A stretch of DNA of 64,000 nucleotides, from the NCBI GenBank assembly GCA_035465695.1, contig DATIVR010000057.1, forward strand, positions 803 through 64,802, read 5' to 3'. The first letter of the stretch is position 1; each line of letters starts with the position of its first letter. The notes beneath the pieces were generated by a model that saw only the letters and a program-made list of their open reading frames with translations, had not been told where the DNA came from and searched no databases. Below, piece after piece: positions 36,569 through 46,022 of the stretch. The stretch is from Gammaproteobacteria bacterium. GTDB taxonomy: Bacteria; Pseudomonadota; Gammaproteobacteria; Natronospirales; REEB76. The translations under genes were made by a program, and so were the position numbers.

Positions 36569-36910
36569 ATGAAGTTCTTCGTACTCGCATTGCTGTTGGC
36601 GGGGCCGGCTGCCCACGCCGGGGGCCCAGCCGGATCCGATACGTTCAGCCTCAGCGCCGACCAGTGGTCGGCGCCCCGCAGCGGCGCGGCGCTCGTCAAG
36701 CTCGCGCCGATCCATGAAGCGGTGGCAGACTGGCTGGGAGATACCGCTGCACGCATTGTCATCGTGCATGCAGGTACCGACACCGGGAACCTGTGGGCAG
36801 GTGAAGTGCAGGACTGGCTGGTGGCGTTGGGGATACCGGCCGACCATATCCAGAAGCAGGCGAGTGCCGACCAGTCCGATGGCGCGCTCACCCTCGAGGT
36901 CCGACACTGA
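36569..36910 (+). CDS. Small exported protein of unknown function
   Basis: Sec signal peptide MKFFVLALLLAGPAAHA|GG with no lipobox. The stop overlaps the start of the next gene (TGATG). The ORF track starts at TTG 36560. Confidence 0.6.
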   Translation: MKFFVLALLLAGPAAHAGGPAGSDTFSLSADQWSAPRSGAALVKLAPIHEAVADWLGDTAARIVIVHAGTDTGNLWAGEVQDWLVALGIPADHIQKQASADQSDGALTLEVRH

Positions 36911-37716
36911 TGCACAAGCTCGCGGCCATCCAGATGTGCTCTGGCATGGAGGTGACGGTAAACCTTCGGGAGGCCGGCAAGCTCATGGCCAAGGCCGCCG
37001 CCCAGGGCGCTGAGCTCATCGTGCTACCGGAGAACTTCGCGCTCATGGCGCGGGATGATGCGGAGCGGGTGGCGGCCGGCGAGATGGACGGCAGCGGTCA
37101 GATCCAGGATTTCCTGGCGGAGAAGGCCCAGACCCTCAAGACCTGGATCGTGGGCGGGACCGTCCCGGTGTTCGCTTCCCGCGACCGGGTGTACGCGCGT
37201 TGCCCGGTGTACAACCCGCAAGGGCGCAGGGTAGCCTTCTACGACAAGATCCATCTGTTCGACGTGCAAGTCGGTGCCGCCGAAAGCTACAAGGAGTCGG
37301 CACGCACCGAGGCGGGCACCGAGCCCGTGGTCGTGGTGACACCGTTCGGCAAACTGGGTCTCGCGGTCTGCTACGACCTGCGCTTCCCCGAGCTCTTCCG
37401 GGCCCTCTCCGCCCAAGGCGCGGCGCTGTTCGCGGTGCCCTCGGCCTTCACCCATACCACCGGCCAGCGCCACTGGGAATTGTTGGTACGCGCCCGCGCG
37501 GTGGAGAACCTTTGCTTCATGGTCGCAGCAGCGCAAGGTGGCCGCCATGCCAACGGGCGTGACACCTGGGGCCGCAGCATGGTGGTGGACCCCTGGGGCG
37601 AGGTGCTGGCGGAGCGGCGTGACGCGGAACCGGCTGTGGTGACGGCGGTCATGGACCCGGTCCAGCAGACGCGCCTGCGACAGAAGTTCCCGGCCTTGAG
37701 TCACCGCAGGCTGTAG
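36910..37716 (+). CDS. Carbon-nitrogen hydrolase (nitrilase superfamily, Nit/YafV-like)
   Basis: Glu-Lys-Cys triad contexts: LIVLPENF, YDKIHLFD, LAVCYDLRFPELF. Confidence 0.88.
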   Translation: MHKLAAIQMCSGMEVTVNLREAGKLMAKAAAQGAELIVLPENFALMARDDAERVAAGEMDGSGQIQDFLAEKAQTLKTWIVGGTVPVFASRDRVYARCPVYNPQGRRVAFYDKIHLFDVQVGAAESYKESARTEAGTEPVVVVTPFGKLGLAVCYDLRFPELFRALSAQGAALFAVPSAFTHTTGQRHWELLVRARAVENLCFMVAAAQGGRHANGRDTWGRSMVVDPWGEVLAERRDAEPAVVTAVMDPVQQTRLRQKFPALSHRRL

Positions 37717-37740
37717 AATCCTGCAGATACGGCCCCATAT

Positions 37741-39222
37741 ATGGATAGCGAGCCCGACCTTCCCCCGGATAAACACACTCCCATGCAGAACGCCCTCAAG
37801 ATTGCCGAACAAAGCCTGCTTGCCCCCACCGGCCTCGATGAACAGATGGTGGCTGGCCTCCTGGACCGCCTGCTGGCCCACAAGCTGGACAGCGCCGACC
37901 TCTACTTCCAGCTCTCGCGGCACGAGTCCTGGTCCTTGGAGGACGGCATCGTCAAGGAGGGCGCCCACAGCATCGAGCAGGGCGTGGGCGTCCGCGCCAT
38001 CTCCGGCGAGAAGACCGGCTTCGCCTATTCCGACGAGATACTGCTGCCGGCACTCACGCGTGCCTCGGACATGGCCCGCGCCATCGCGCGCCAGGGCGGC
38101 CAGAACGGCCTCAAGGCCTGGAGTCCCAATGCGCCGCAGCGCCTGTATCAGGCCTTGGACCCGTTGCCCACCCTGGCCGACGCGGACAAGGTGAAGCTCC
38201 TGGAGCGCATCGATGCGGAGGCGCGCCGCGCCGACCCGCGCGTGAAACAGGTGATGGTGAGCATCAACGGCGTGCATGACACGGTGCTGGTGGCAGGGAG
38301 CGACGGCACCCTGGCCGCCGACGTGCGGCCCTTGGTGCGCTTCAACGTGAGCGTGATCGTGGAGCAGGATGGTCGCCGCGAGCAGGGTTATGCGGGCGGC
38401 GGTGGCCGCTTTGGCTACCAATATTTTATCGAGTCAGGCGTCGCCTCGAAGCTTGCCCGGGAAGCAGTGCGTCAGGCTTTGGTTAATCTGGAAGCGACGC
38501 CGGCCCCGGCCGGCACCATGACCGTGGTATTGGGACCGGGTTGGCCCGGCATCCTGTTACACGAGGCCATCGGTCATGGTCTGGAAGGCGACTTCAACCG
38601 CAAGGGTACTTCGGCTTTCTCGGGCCGCGTAGGCCAGAAAGTCGCGAGCGAGTTATGCACGGTGGTGGATGACGGCACCCTCAAGGACCGGCGCGGTTCC
38701 CTGAACGTGGACGACGAGGGTACGCCCAGCCAGTGCACCACGCTCATCGAGAACGGCATCCTCAAGGGCTACATGCAGGACAAGCTCAACGCCCGGCTCA
38801 TGGGGGTGAAGCCCACGGGCAACGGCCGGCGTGAGTCTTTCGCACACCTGCCCATGCCGCGCATGACGAATACCTACATGCTGCCTGGCCAGCACGATCC
38901 CCAGGAGATCATCAAGTCCGTGAAGAAGGGCCTCTACGCCGTGAACTTCGGCGGCGGCCAGGTGGACATCACCAGCGGCAAGTTCGTGTTCTCCATGAGC
39001 GAGGCCTATCTCATCGAAGACGGCAAGGTCGGCCGCCCGGTGCGTGGCGCCTCGTTGATCGGCAATGGCCCCGACGCGCTGACGCGCGTGAGCATGGTTG
39101 GCAACGACCTAAAGCTCGATGAAGGTGTCGGTACCTGCGGCAAGGAAGGGCAAAGCGTGCCGGTGGGCGTGGGTCAGCCTACGCTGCGGATTGACGGGAT
39201 CACCGTCGGCGGGACGGGTTAA
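37741..39222 (+). CDS. tldD: Metalloprotease TldD
   Basis: Colinear with E. coli TldD: [56 protein letters not shown]. An alternative start at ATG 37783 gives a length closer to E. coli. Confidence 0.93.
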   Translation: MDSEPDLPPDKHTPMQNALKIAEQSLLAPTGLDEQMVAGLLDRLLAHKLDSADLYFQLSRHESWSLEDGIVKEGAHSIEQGVGVRAISGEKTGFAYSDEILLPALTRASDMARAIARQGGQNGLKAWSPNAPQRLYQALDPLPTLADADKVKLLERIDAEARRADPRVKQVMVSINGVHDTVLVAGSDGTLAADVRPLVRFNVSVIVEQDGRREQGYAGGGGRFGYQYFIESGVASKLAREAVRQALVNLEATPAPAGTMTVVLGPGWPGILLHEAIGHGLEGDFNRKGTSAFSGRVGQKVASELCTVVDDGTLKDRRGSLNVDDEGTPSQCTTLIENGILKGYMQDKLNARLMGVKPTGNGRRESFAHLPMPRMTNTYMLPGQHDPQEIIKSVKKGLYAVNFGGGQVDITSGKFVFSMSEAYLIEDGKVGRPVRGASLIGNGPDALTRVSMVGNDLKLDEGVGTCGKEGQSVPVGVGQPTLRIDGITVGGTG

Positions 39223-40313
39223 GCGTCCAGTCCCGGGAAGTTCTTCAGCCGCTTCATCAGTTCCTTCCGGGTCTTGCACACCAAGGTGGCGTGGCCCAGC
39301 TTGCGGCCGGGGCGCGCTTCCTTGCCATAGTCATGGTAATGGGCGCCGGGGATTGCCAGCACATCCTCACGTGTCGGCATGGTGCCGATGAAGTTGATCA
39401 TCGCGGAGTAACCGACGGCCCAGGTCTCCCCCAGGGGCAGGCCCAGGATGGCGCGCATGTGGTTCTCGAACTGTCCGGTGACGGCGCCCTCGATGGTCCA
39501 GTGGCCGGAGTTGTGCACCCGCGGCGCGGTCTCGTTGGCGACGAGCTTGCCCTTGCGCACGAAGAACTCGATGGTGAGCACCCCGGCGTAGTCGAACTTG
39601 TCCAGGAGCCGCTTCAGGTACTTCTGGGCCTGGACCTGCAGTCTCTTGTCCGGGTAAGGCGCTACCGAGAGCCGCAGGATGCCGTCACGGTGATGATTCT
39701 CCGCCAACGGATAGAAGGCGGTCTCACCCTTGAGATTGCGCACACCGATGATGGAGACTTCCCGTTCGAACGGGATGAACTCTTCCAGGATCAGCGGCAC
39801 GCCGCATAGTGCGTTGAAGGAGGAGCCGAGCTCCGCCGGACTGCGGATCACCCGCTGGCCACGGCCGTCGTACCCCAGGCGCCGGGTCTTCAGCACCGCC
39901 GGATAGCCGATGGCATGGATGGCTTCTTCCAGTTGCTCCATCGTCTCGACGGCGCGGAACTTGGTGGTGGGGATCTTGAGCTCGTTGAAGAGCGTCTTCT
40001 CGGTGAGCCGGTCCTGGCCTGCGGCCAAGGCCGTCACCGGCGGCAGGAAGGGTTTGTCCTTGGGGATCCCGGCCAGGGCCACGACGGGGACGTTCTCCAC
40101 GTCATAGGTCAGCATGTCGACCCTGGAAGCCAGTTCAGTCACCTTGGCCGGATCGCTGAACTCGCCCAGCACGATGTCACCGATCTGGCCGCCGGGCGCG
40201 TCCTTGCTCTTGTCCAGGAATACCATCTTGAGGCCCAGCCGATAACCGGCCAGCGCCAGCATACGGCCCAACTGGCCGGCCCCGATGCAGCCGACTGTCT
40301 TCACCTCGGACAT
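39219..40313 (-). CDS. purK: N5-carboxyaminoimidazole ribonucleotide synthase
   Basis: ATP-grasp protein with [14 protein letters not shown]-terminus. Start at 40313, just after the purE stop. The longer ORF to 40553 overlaps purE and is rejected. Confidence 0.92.
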   Translation of the reverse strand: MSEVKTVGCIGAGQLGRMLALAGYRLGLKMVFLDKSKDAPGGQIGDIVLGEFSDPAKVTELASRVDMLTYDVENVPVVALAGIPKDKPFLPPVTALAAGQDRLTEKTLFNELKIPTTKFRAVETMEQLEEAIHAIGYPAVLKTRRLGYDGRGQRVIRSPAELGSSFNALCGVPLILEEFIPFEREVSIIGVRNLKGETAFYPLAENHHRDGILRLSVAPYPDKRLQVQAQKYLKRLLDKFDYAGVLTIEFFVRKGKLVANETAPRVHNSGHWTIEGAVTGQFENHMRAILGLPLGETWAVGYSAMINFIGTMPTREDVLAIPGAHYHDYGKEARPGRKLGHATLVCKTRKELMKRLKNFPGLDA

Positions 40314-40314
40314 A

Positions 40315-40827
40315 TCAGCTGCGGGCCGGATCGGGGTGCTTGAGCACCTTGCGGGTCTGCTCACGGCGGTATTTCTCGAGCCGCTTGCGGATGGGCGCGG
40401 AGTGGTTGGCGAGGATGGCGGCGGCCAGCAGCGCCGAATTGGCAGCGCCGGCCTTGCCGATGGCCAAGGTCCCCACCGGGATGCCGGCAGGCATCTGCGC
40501 GATGGAGAGCAGTGAATCGATGCCCGCCAGGGTCTTGGTCTCCACCGGCACACCCAGCACCGGCAGCGAGGTCTTGGAAGCGGTCATGCCCGGCAGGTGC
40601 GCGGCACCACCGGCGCCGGCGATGATCACCTGGATGCCGCGCCGTTGCGCCGAGGCGGCATACTTGAACAGCAGGTCGGGTGTGCGGTGCGCTGAGACCA
40701 CCCGGGTCTCGAACGGGATGTCCAGCAGTTCCAGGCAGTTGGCCGCATGCTCCATGGTCTCCCAGTCGGACTTGGAGCCCATGATGATGCCGACCAGCGG
40801 CTTCGGCGATTTTTTGGATGTCCCCAT
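40315..40827 (-). CDS. purE: N5-carboxyaminoimidazole ribonucleotide mutase
   Basis: [15 protein letters not shown] and [10 protein letters not shown] motifs. An in-frame TAG directly precedes the ATG. Confidence 0.95.
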   Translation of the reverse strand: MGTSKKSPKPLVGIIMGSKSDWETMEHAANCLELLDIPFETRVVSAHRTPDLLFKYAASAQRRGIQVIIAGAGGAAHLPGMTASKTSLPVLGVPVETKTLAGIDSLLSIAQMPAGIPVGTLAIGKAGAANSALLAAAILANHSAPIRKRLEKYRREQTRKVLKHPDPARS

Positions 40828-40865
40828 CTACGTATTTTACCCGCGCCGTAAGGCTCTGTCTTCGC

Positions 40866-41375
40866 TCATGACAGGCTCTGCAGATAGCGGAAAAGTTCCC
40901 GGTAATGTCGCGGTGGGCGACCACCCGCAGCTTCCGCGGCGGCGTCCCGGATCAGCCGGCGCAGATGCTGGCGATCCGCCTCCGGGTGGCGCTCCAGGAA
41001 TTCAGCCAGGGCCGCGTCGCCCTCGTTGATGAGCCGCTCCCGCCAGCGTTCGTTCTCCTGGAAGCGGGCCTTGGAGACCCGGTCGGCGCCGCGGATCCGC
41101 TCCAGATAGTCGCGGATAGCCTGCACATCCTCAAGTCTGGAGAGGAGTCCGCCTATATATTGACGCTGACGCTTCTGTGCGCCGTGGCTGCTGATGCGGC
41201 GCGCCAGCGCGATGGCGTCGGCGAGCTTCTCCGGCAGCGCGAGTTCGGCCAGCTTGTCCGGGGGCAATTTGACCAATTCCTCGCCCAAGTCCTGCAACTC
41301 CTGCATCTCGCGCTTGAGCTGGGACTTGTTGGGGCGTTCGGCCAGGCGATCTTCGCTGTCGTCAGGGTCTTGCAT
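40866..41375 (-). CDS. yjgA: Ribosome-associated protein YjgA/DarP (DUF615)
   Basis: PNKSQLKREMQELQDLGEELVKL. Divergent from pmbA as in E. coli and Pseudomonas. The ATG at 41375 is preferred over the 41468 extension. Confidence 0.85.
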   Translation of the reverse strand: MQDPDDSEDRLAERPNKSQLKREMQELQDLGEELVKLPPDKLAELALPEKLADAIALARRISSHGAQKRQRQYIGGLLSRLEDVQAIRDYLERIRGADRVSKARFQENERWRERLINEGDAALAEFLERHPEADRQHLRRLIRDAAAEAAGGRPPRHYRELFRYLQSLS

Positions 41376-41413
41376 AGTAGAATGGCCGTCCGACGCACGA
41401 CGAGAGAGAAGCA

Positions 41414-42763
41414 GTGGCGGCAGCGGTCCATGATACACCGGGCGTGACACAGGCGGACCTGCAGGCACTCGCTGAGGAAGCGATCCGCGAGGCGAAGAAA
41501 CTGGGTGCCAGCCAGGCGGAAGCAGGCGCGAGCGTGGATGCCGGCTTGAGCCTCACAGTACGCCTGGGCGAGGTGGAGACGCTGGAACACCAGCGTGACC
41601 GCGGCTTGGGCCTGACCGTCTACTTCGGGACTCGCAAGGGTTCCGCCAGCACCGCCGACTTCTCCCTCGCTGCGATCCACGAGAGCGTGCGCGCCGCCTG
41701 CAGCATCGCCCGTTACACCGCCGAAGACCCTTGCGCCGGCCTGGCGGATGCGGCCTTGATGGCCAAACATATCCCTGACCTGGACCTGGATCATCCATGG
41801 GATCCGGACCCGGAGCTGGTGACAGACATGGCGCGGCGCTGCGAGGACGCGGCGCGTGCCTTCGATCCCCGTATCGAGAACTCCGAGGGCGCCAGTGTCA
41901 CGACCCACCGCGGCACCAGGGTGTATGCCAACAGTCACGGATTCGCCGGCGGCTACCCCAGCACCAGCTACAGCATCACCTGCTCGGTGGTGGGCAAGTC
42001 CGGTGACAGCATGCAGCGTGACTACTGGTACTCGGTGGCGCGCGATGTGAAGGATCTCGAAGCCGTGGACGCTGTGGGCCGCAAGGCGGCGCAGCGCACC
42101 GTGGCGCGCCTCGGCGCACGGCGTATCTCCACCCGCAAGGCGCCGGTGCTGTACGTGCCGGAGTTGGCGCGCGGCCTGGTGGGCCACTATCTCGCGGCCA
42201 TGCGCGGCGGCGCCCAATACCGGCGCGCCACGTTCCTGCTGGATGCGGAAGGCCAGCGGGTGTTCCCGGAGTTCGTCCAGATGTCAGAGCGCCCACTCAT
42301 CAAAGGTGGGCTGGCCAGCGCAGCCTTCGATGGCGAAGGGGTCGCCACCACGGACAAGGAGCTGGTGGACAAAGGAGTCGCCGCCACCTATCTGCTGGAC
42401 AGTTATTCGGCGCGCAGGCTCAAGCGCCAGACCAACGGCCATGCCGGCGGCGTGCGTAACCTGATCGTGCGGCCGGGCGAACTGGGGTTCGATGCACTGT
42501 TGAAGCAGATGGGCACCGGCCTCGTGGTGACCGAGCTCCTGGGCCAAGGTGTCAACGGGGTCACCGGCGACTATTCCCGCGGCGCATCCGGTTTCTGGGT
42601 GGAGAACGGCGCCCTGGCGTACCCGGTGGAGGAAGTCACCATCGCCGGCAATCTCAAGGACATCTTCAAGGGCGTCGCCGCGATCGGGAATGACGTCGAT
42701 ATACGCGGTGGCATCCAGACAGGCTCTATCCTCATCGAAGAGATGACCATCGCCGGTGAATAG
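41414..42763 (+). CDS. pmbA: Metalloprotease PmbA (TldE)
   Basis: Colinear with E. coli PmbA: RKGSASTADFS, ARYTAEDPCAGLAD, GTGLVVTELLGQGVN, ITGDYSRGASGFWVENG, ITIAGNLKD. Confidence 0.93.
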   Translation: MAAAVHDTPGVTQADLQALAEEAIREAKKLGASQAEAGASVDAGLSLTVRLGEVETLEHQRDRGLGLTVYFGTRKGSASTADFSLAAIHESVRAACSIARYTAEDPCAGLADAALMAKHIPDLDLDHPWDPDPELVTDMARRCEDAARAFDPRIENSEGASVTTHRGTRVYANSHGFAGGYPSTSYSITCSVVGKSGDSMQRDYWYSVARDVKDLEAVDAVGRKAAQRTVARLGARRISTRKAPVLYVPELARGLVGHYLAAMRGGAQYRRATFLLDAEGQRVFPEFVQMSERPLIKGGLASAAFDGEGVATTDKELVDKGVAATYLLDSYSARRLKRQTNGHAGGVRNLIVRPGELGFDALLKQMGTGLVVTELLGQGVNGVTGDYSRGASGFWVENGALAYPVEEVTIAGNLKDIFKGVAAIGNDVDIRGGIQTGSILIEEMTIAGE

Positions 42764-42775
42764 AAGGAGACGGAC

Positions 42776-43813
42776 ATGCGTTCCTTGCTATGTGGTATCG
42801 CGCTGCTATTGCCCGTATTGAGCATGGCTGCCCCCACTCCCATCCATGCGGCCGATCATCCTGTCGCCATCGTCATCCATGGCGGTGCCGGCACCATCAG
42901 CCGCAAGGACATGACGCCTCAGCAAGACAAGGCTTATCGCGCCGCGCTCAAGCAGGCGCTGGAAGCGGGCTACGCGGTGCTAAAGCAGGGCGGCAGGAGC
43001 CTGGATGCCGTGCAGGCGGCGATCCGCGTGATGGAGGACGATCCGCTGTTCAATGCCGGCAAGGGCGCGGTCTTTGATCATGAAGGCAAGAACGAGTTGG
43101 ACGCCGCCATCATGGACGGCACCACGCTCAAGGCGGGCGCCGTGGCAGGGGTCCAGCACATCAAGAATCCGATCGACCTGGCGCGGCTGGTGATGGAGAA
43201 GACGCCCCATGTGCTCCTGATCGGCGCGGGCGCCGAGGAGTTCGCGAAGTCCGAGGGTATGGCCTTGGTTCCACAGAGCTATTTCTTCACCCAGCACCGC
43301 TGGGACGAACTGCAGAAAGCCCTGAAGGAAGAGCAGGCGGGCAAGGGTGGCAGCGGCAAGGACGACTATCCCGGAACCAGCGGGCATGGATATGGCACCG
43401 TGGGTGCGGTAGCGCTCGATCGGTACGGCGACCTGGCCGCGGGGACTTCGACCGGCGGCCTCACCAACAAGTACTACGGCCGCGTCGGAGACTCGCCCGT
43501 CATCGGTGCCGGCACCTATGCCAACAGCCGGACCTGCGGTGTGTCCGGCACCGGCACGGGGGAGTTCTTCATGCGTCTGGATTTGGCCAAGACCATCTCC
43601 GACCTGATGTTGTACAAGGGAATGACCGTGCAGCAGGCGGCGGACCAACTGGTGCTGCACGACTTGGTGGATTTGGGCGGCATGGACACCGGTGGCGCCA
43701 TCGTCATGGATCACGACGGCAACATCCGTATGCCATTCAACACCGAAGGCATGTATCGCGGTTACATCGATACCTCGGGCAAGGAAGTTGTGGCAATCTA
43801 TAACGATGAGTGA
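42776..43813 (+). CDS. Isoaspartyl peptidase / L-asparaginase (Ntn hydrolase), exported
   Basis: Signal peptide. HGGAG and the GTVGAVALD autoprocessing/nucleophile Thr context. Confidence 0.88.
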   Translation: MRSLLCGIALLLPVLSMAAPTPIHAADHPVAIVIHGGAGTISRKDMTPQQDKAYRAALKQALEAGYAVLKQGGRSLDAVQAAIRVMEDDPLFNAGKGAVFDHEGKNELDAAIMDGTTLKAGAVAGVQHIKNPIDLARLVMEKTPHVLLIGAGAEEFAKSEGMALVPQSYFFTQHRWDELQKALKEEQAGKGGSGKDDYPGTSGHGYGTVGAVALDRYGDLAAGTSTGGLTNKYYGRVGDSPVIGAGTYANSRTCGVSGTGTGEFFMRLDLAKTISDLMLYKGMTVQQAADQLVLHDLVDLGGMDTGGAIVMDHDGNIRMPFNTEGMYRGYIDTSGKEVVAIYNDE

Positions 43814-43847
43814 GCGCTAAGGCTCATCAACTTCAGGGGAGTTGGTA

Positions 43848-44264
43848 ATGGGATATTTTCACATCAACATCTTCGCGGTGGTGGTCGCGGCCATAGTGGC
43901 TTTCGGCATCGGCGCCCTGTGGTACTCGCCGTTCCTGTTCGCCAAGCAGTGGCTGGAGTTCAACGGCTACGGACCGGAGAAGTTACAGGCCATGCGCAAG
44001 GATGCCGCGCGTGCTTACGGTATCTCCTTCGTCTGTTATCTGGTGATGGCAGCCGCCTTCGACGTGCTGGTCCGGATTACCCATATCCAGGCAGTGCTGG
44101 GGGGCGCCAAACTGGGTTTCCTGCTCTGGGTCGGGTTCGTGGCTGCCACCGGGCTGGTGGCCAAGGTGTATTCCGGCAAGCCCTTCAGGGCTTTCGCCCT
44201 GGATGCGGGTTACCAGCTGGTCTATCTCGTCGCCATGGGACTCATCCTGGTGGCTTGGCACTAG
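43848..44264 (+). CDS. DUF1761 membrane protein
   Basis: Four hydrophobic segments and ALWYSPFLFAKQW. SD GGGGAG lies 7 nt upstream of ATG 43848. The ORF track starts at 43842. Confidence 0.75.
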   Translation: MGYFHINIFAVVVAAIVAFGIGALWYSPFLFAKQWLEFNGYGPEKLQAMRKDAARAYGISFVCYLVMAAAFDVLVRITHIQAVLGGAKLGFLLWVGFVAATGLVAKVYSGKPFRAFALDAGYQLVYLVAMGLILVAWH

Positions 44265-44286
44265 TTCGACCATCCCGGGCATGCTG

Positions 44287-44318
44287 AAAACGGCGCCGGA
44301 AGGCGCCGTTTCGCTTTC
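44287..44318 (+). terminator. Rho-independent terminator after the DUF1761 gene
   Basis: AAAACGGCGCC-GGAA-GGCGCCGTTT stem-loop followed by the T-rich CGCTTTCT. Confidence 0.6.
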
Positions 44319-44331
44319 TACATAACCCCGT

Positions 44332-44360
44332 TTGACGTTTTGAGACCTGCGTCATGTAAC
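44332..44360 (+). promoter_or_regulatory. Candidate sigma70 promoter for the NERD gene
   Basis: TTGACG (44332-44337), a 17-nt spacer, then TGTAAC (44355-44360). Confidence 0.35.
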
Positions 44361-44401
44361 CAGAGTGACAGACAGGGATAATCAGCGCCCTGGGATAAGG
44401 G

Positions 44402-45280
44402 GTGCTTTCCATGTTGCCATTCTGGATCAACTTGCTCACGGCCTCCGTGTTCACGGGCGCCATCGTCTGGGGACTCGCCTGGCTCTTATCGCGTGCTGCC
44501 CCCTGGCTGCGCTTCAAGGGCGCTTTCGCCGACCTGGTACAGAACACTGCGGGGGCGTCGGCGCGCCGGGTATTGCGTGACAAGGAACGGGACTTGCTGC
44601 TGCTTGGCTGCGCCGCCCTGAGCGCCATCACGGCCTGCCTGGTGCTCTGCATCTATCTGGTGCCGCGCCTGACAGGAGTCTGGATGTGGGTGCTGTTCGC
44701 GCCGGCCTGCCTGCTCTTCATCGCCTGGTGGGTGTTCCTGGTGCGGGATCTGCGCCGCTGGCTGGAACGGCGCTTCGCGGCGCGCGCCCAGGCAGCGTTC
44801 GCTGGAGCCTTGGCACGTCTCAACTTGCAGGGTCACCGGGTATTCCATGACGTCAGGCTGGGTGACATCACCCTCGACCACGTAGTGATGGGCCCCAAGG
44901 GCTTGTTCGCCATCCGGTTGGTGGCGCGGCCGCCCAAGCGCGGCGCCGAGACGGTGGTGCGCATCAACGGCCGTTCCATCGAGTTCCAGGACGGCTTCGC
45001 CCTGTTGGACGCCATCGCCATGGCAGAGCGGGGCGCGCGGGCCTTGAGCGACATGCAGGTCAAGGGCCTGAGTCACCGCCTGCACGTGCTGCCGGTGGTG
45101 GCGGTGCCGGGCTGGGAGATCGCGCCCGCCCAAGGCCAGGCGGGAGAGACTTTCCTGGCCAACGAGAAGACCGCCATGCTGCTATTGCGGGCCAGCAAGC
45201 CCGCTGACTATCTCATGGACACGGACCTCGGCCCGCTGCAGGAATACCTGACGCGCGTGACGGTGGACCCCGGTCTCTGA
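44402..45280 (+). CDS. Membrane-anchored NERD (nuclease-related) domain protein
   Basis: N-terminal hydrophobic helices followed by a NERD-like core (FHDVRLGDITLDHVVMGPKGLFAIRLVARP). ATG 44411, preceded by AAGGGG, is an alternative start. Confidence 0.65.
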   Translation: MLSMLPFWINLLTASVFTGAIVWGLAWLLSRAAPWLRFKGAFADLVQNTAGASARRVLRDKERDLLLLGCAALSAITACLVLCIYLVPRLTGVWMWVLFAPACLLFIAWWVFLVRDLRRWLERRFAARAQAAFAGALARLNLQGHRVFHDVRLGDITLDHVVMGPKGLFAIRLVARPPKRGAETVVRINGRSIEFQDGFALLDAIAMAERGARALSDMQVKGLSHRLHVLPVVAVPGWEIAPAQGQAGETFLANEKTAMLLLRASKPADYLMDTDLGPLQEYLTRVTVDPGL

Positions 45281-45281
45281 A

Positions 45282-46022
45282 TCAGCCCAAGTTGGCCTTG
45301 AGGAAGGCGATGGCATCCTGCCAGGCGATGGGTTCCACCTTCGGCGCGTAAGCAGGCCGCTCCTCGCATAGGAAGGCATGGCCGGCGCCGGGATACACCG
45401 ACAGCATGTAGCGTTTCTTGAGGTCCGTCAGCGTCTTGGCGATGCGTGCATGTTCATCGCCCGGGATGCCCTGGTCGTCTGCACCGTAGCCCAGGAAGAT
45501 CGGGGCCTGCATGTCCTGCGCCTCACCGATGGGCGGGGTCCGGCCGAGGCGGTCGGGATGCGTGCCGGGGGCGATGCCGCCGCCGTAGAAGGCCACCGCG
45601 GCTTTCAGTCGCGTCGCATGGCGGCAATTCGACAGGAACGCCAAGCGGCCACCCATACAGAAGCCGATGATGCCATGGGATCCTTCTTTGACGTCGGGCT
45701 GTCCGTCGAGCCAGTCCAGGGACTGGCCCACTTCCTCCACCAGTTGCGCATCCTTCAGGTTCGAGATCCGCTCGAGGATCTTCTGCATCTCGGAGTTGTA
45801 GGGGACCACTTCGCCATGGAAGTGGTCCGGCGCCAGCGCCACGAAGCCCGCCCTGGCCAGCCGTTTGCAGGCATTTTGGATGTGGCCGGTGACTCCGAAA
45901 GCCTCCATGATCACCACCACGCCGGGCCAGGGACCGTGGCCCTGGGGCCGCTCTACGTAGCCTTCCAGGTCCGCGGCGATCTGCAAGTTGTTCTGTTTGT
46001 GCACGGTGGACTCCTGGCTCAT
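45282..46022 (-). CDS. Dienelactone hydrolase-family protein
   Basis: Alpha/beta hydrolase with a Cys nucleophile elbow (IIGFCMGGRLA) and the terminal AGHAF His context. Start overlaps the RND gene stop. Confidence 0.85.
   Translation of the reverse strand: MSQESTVHKQNNLQIAADLEGYVERPQGHGPWPGVVVIMEAFGVTGHIQNACKRLARAGFVALAPDHFHGEVVPYNSEMQKILERISNLKDAQLVEEVGQSLDWLDGQPDVKEGSHGIIGFCMGGRLAFLSNCRHATRLKAAVAFYGGGIAPGTHPDRLGRTPPIGEAQDMQAPIFLGYGADDQGIPGDEHARIAKTLTDLKKRYMLSVYPGAGHAFLCEERPAYAPKVEPIAWQDAIAFLKANLG

Noticed and set aside
37024-38421. 465-aa minus-strand ORF spanning the nitrilase-family gene and tldD. A similar 354-aa ORF lies at 41153-42217, antisense to pmbA.
   Set aside because: It is antisense to two strongly conserved genes and crosses their intergenic gap. 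No motifs are recognisable, so it is a high-GC artefact.
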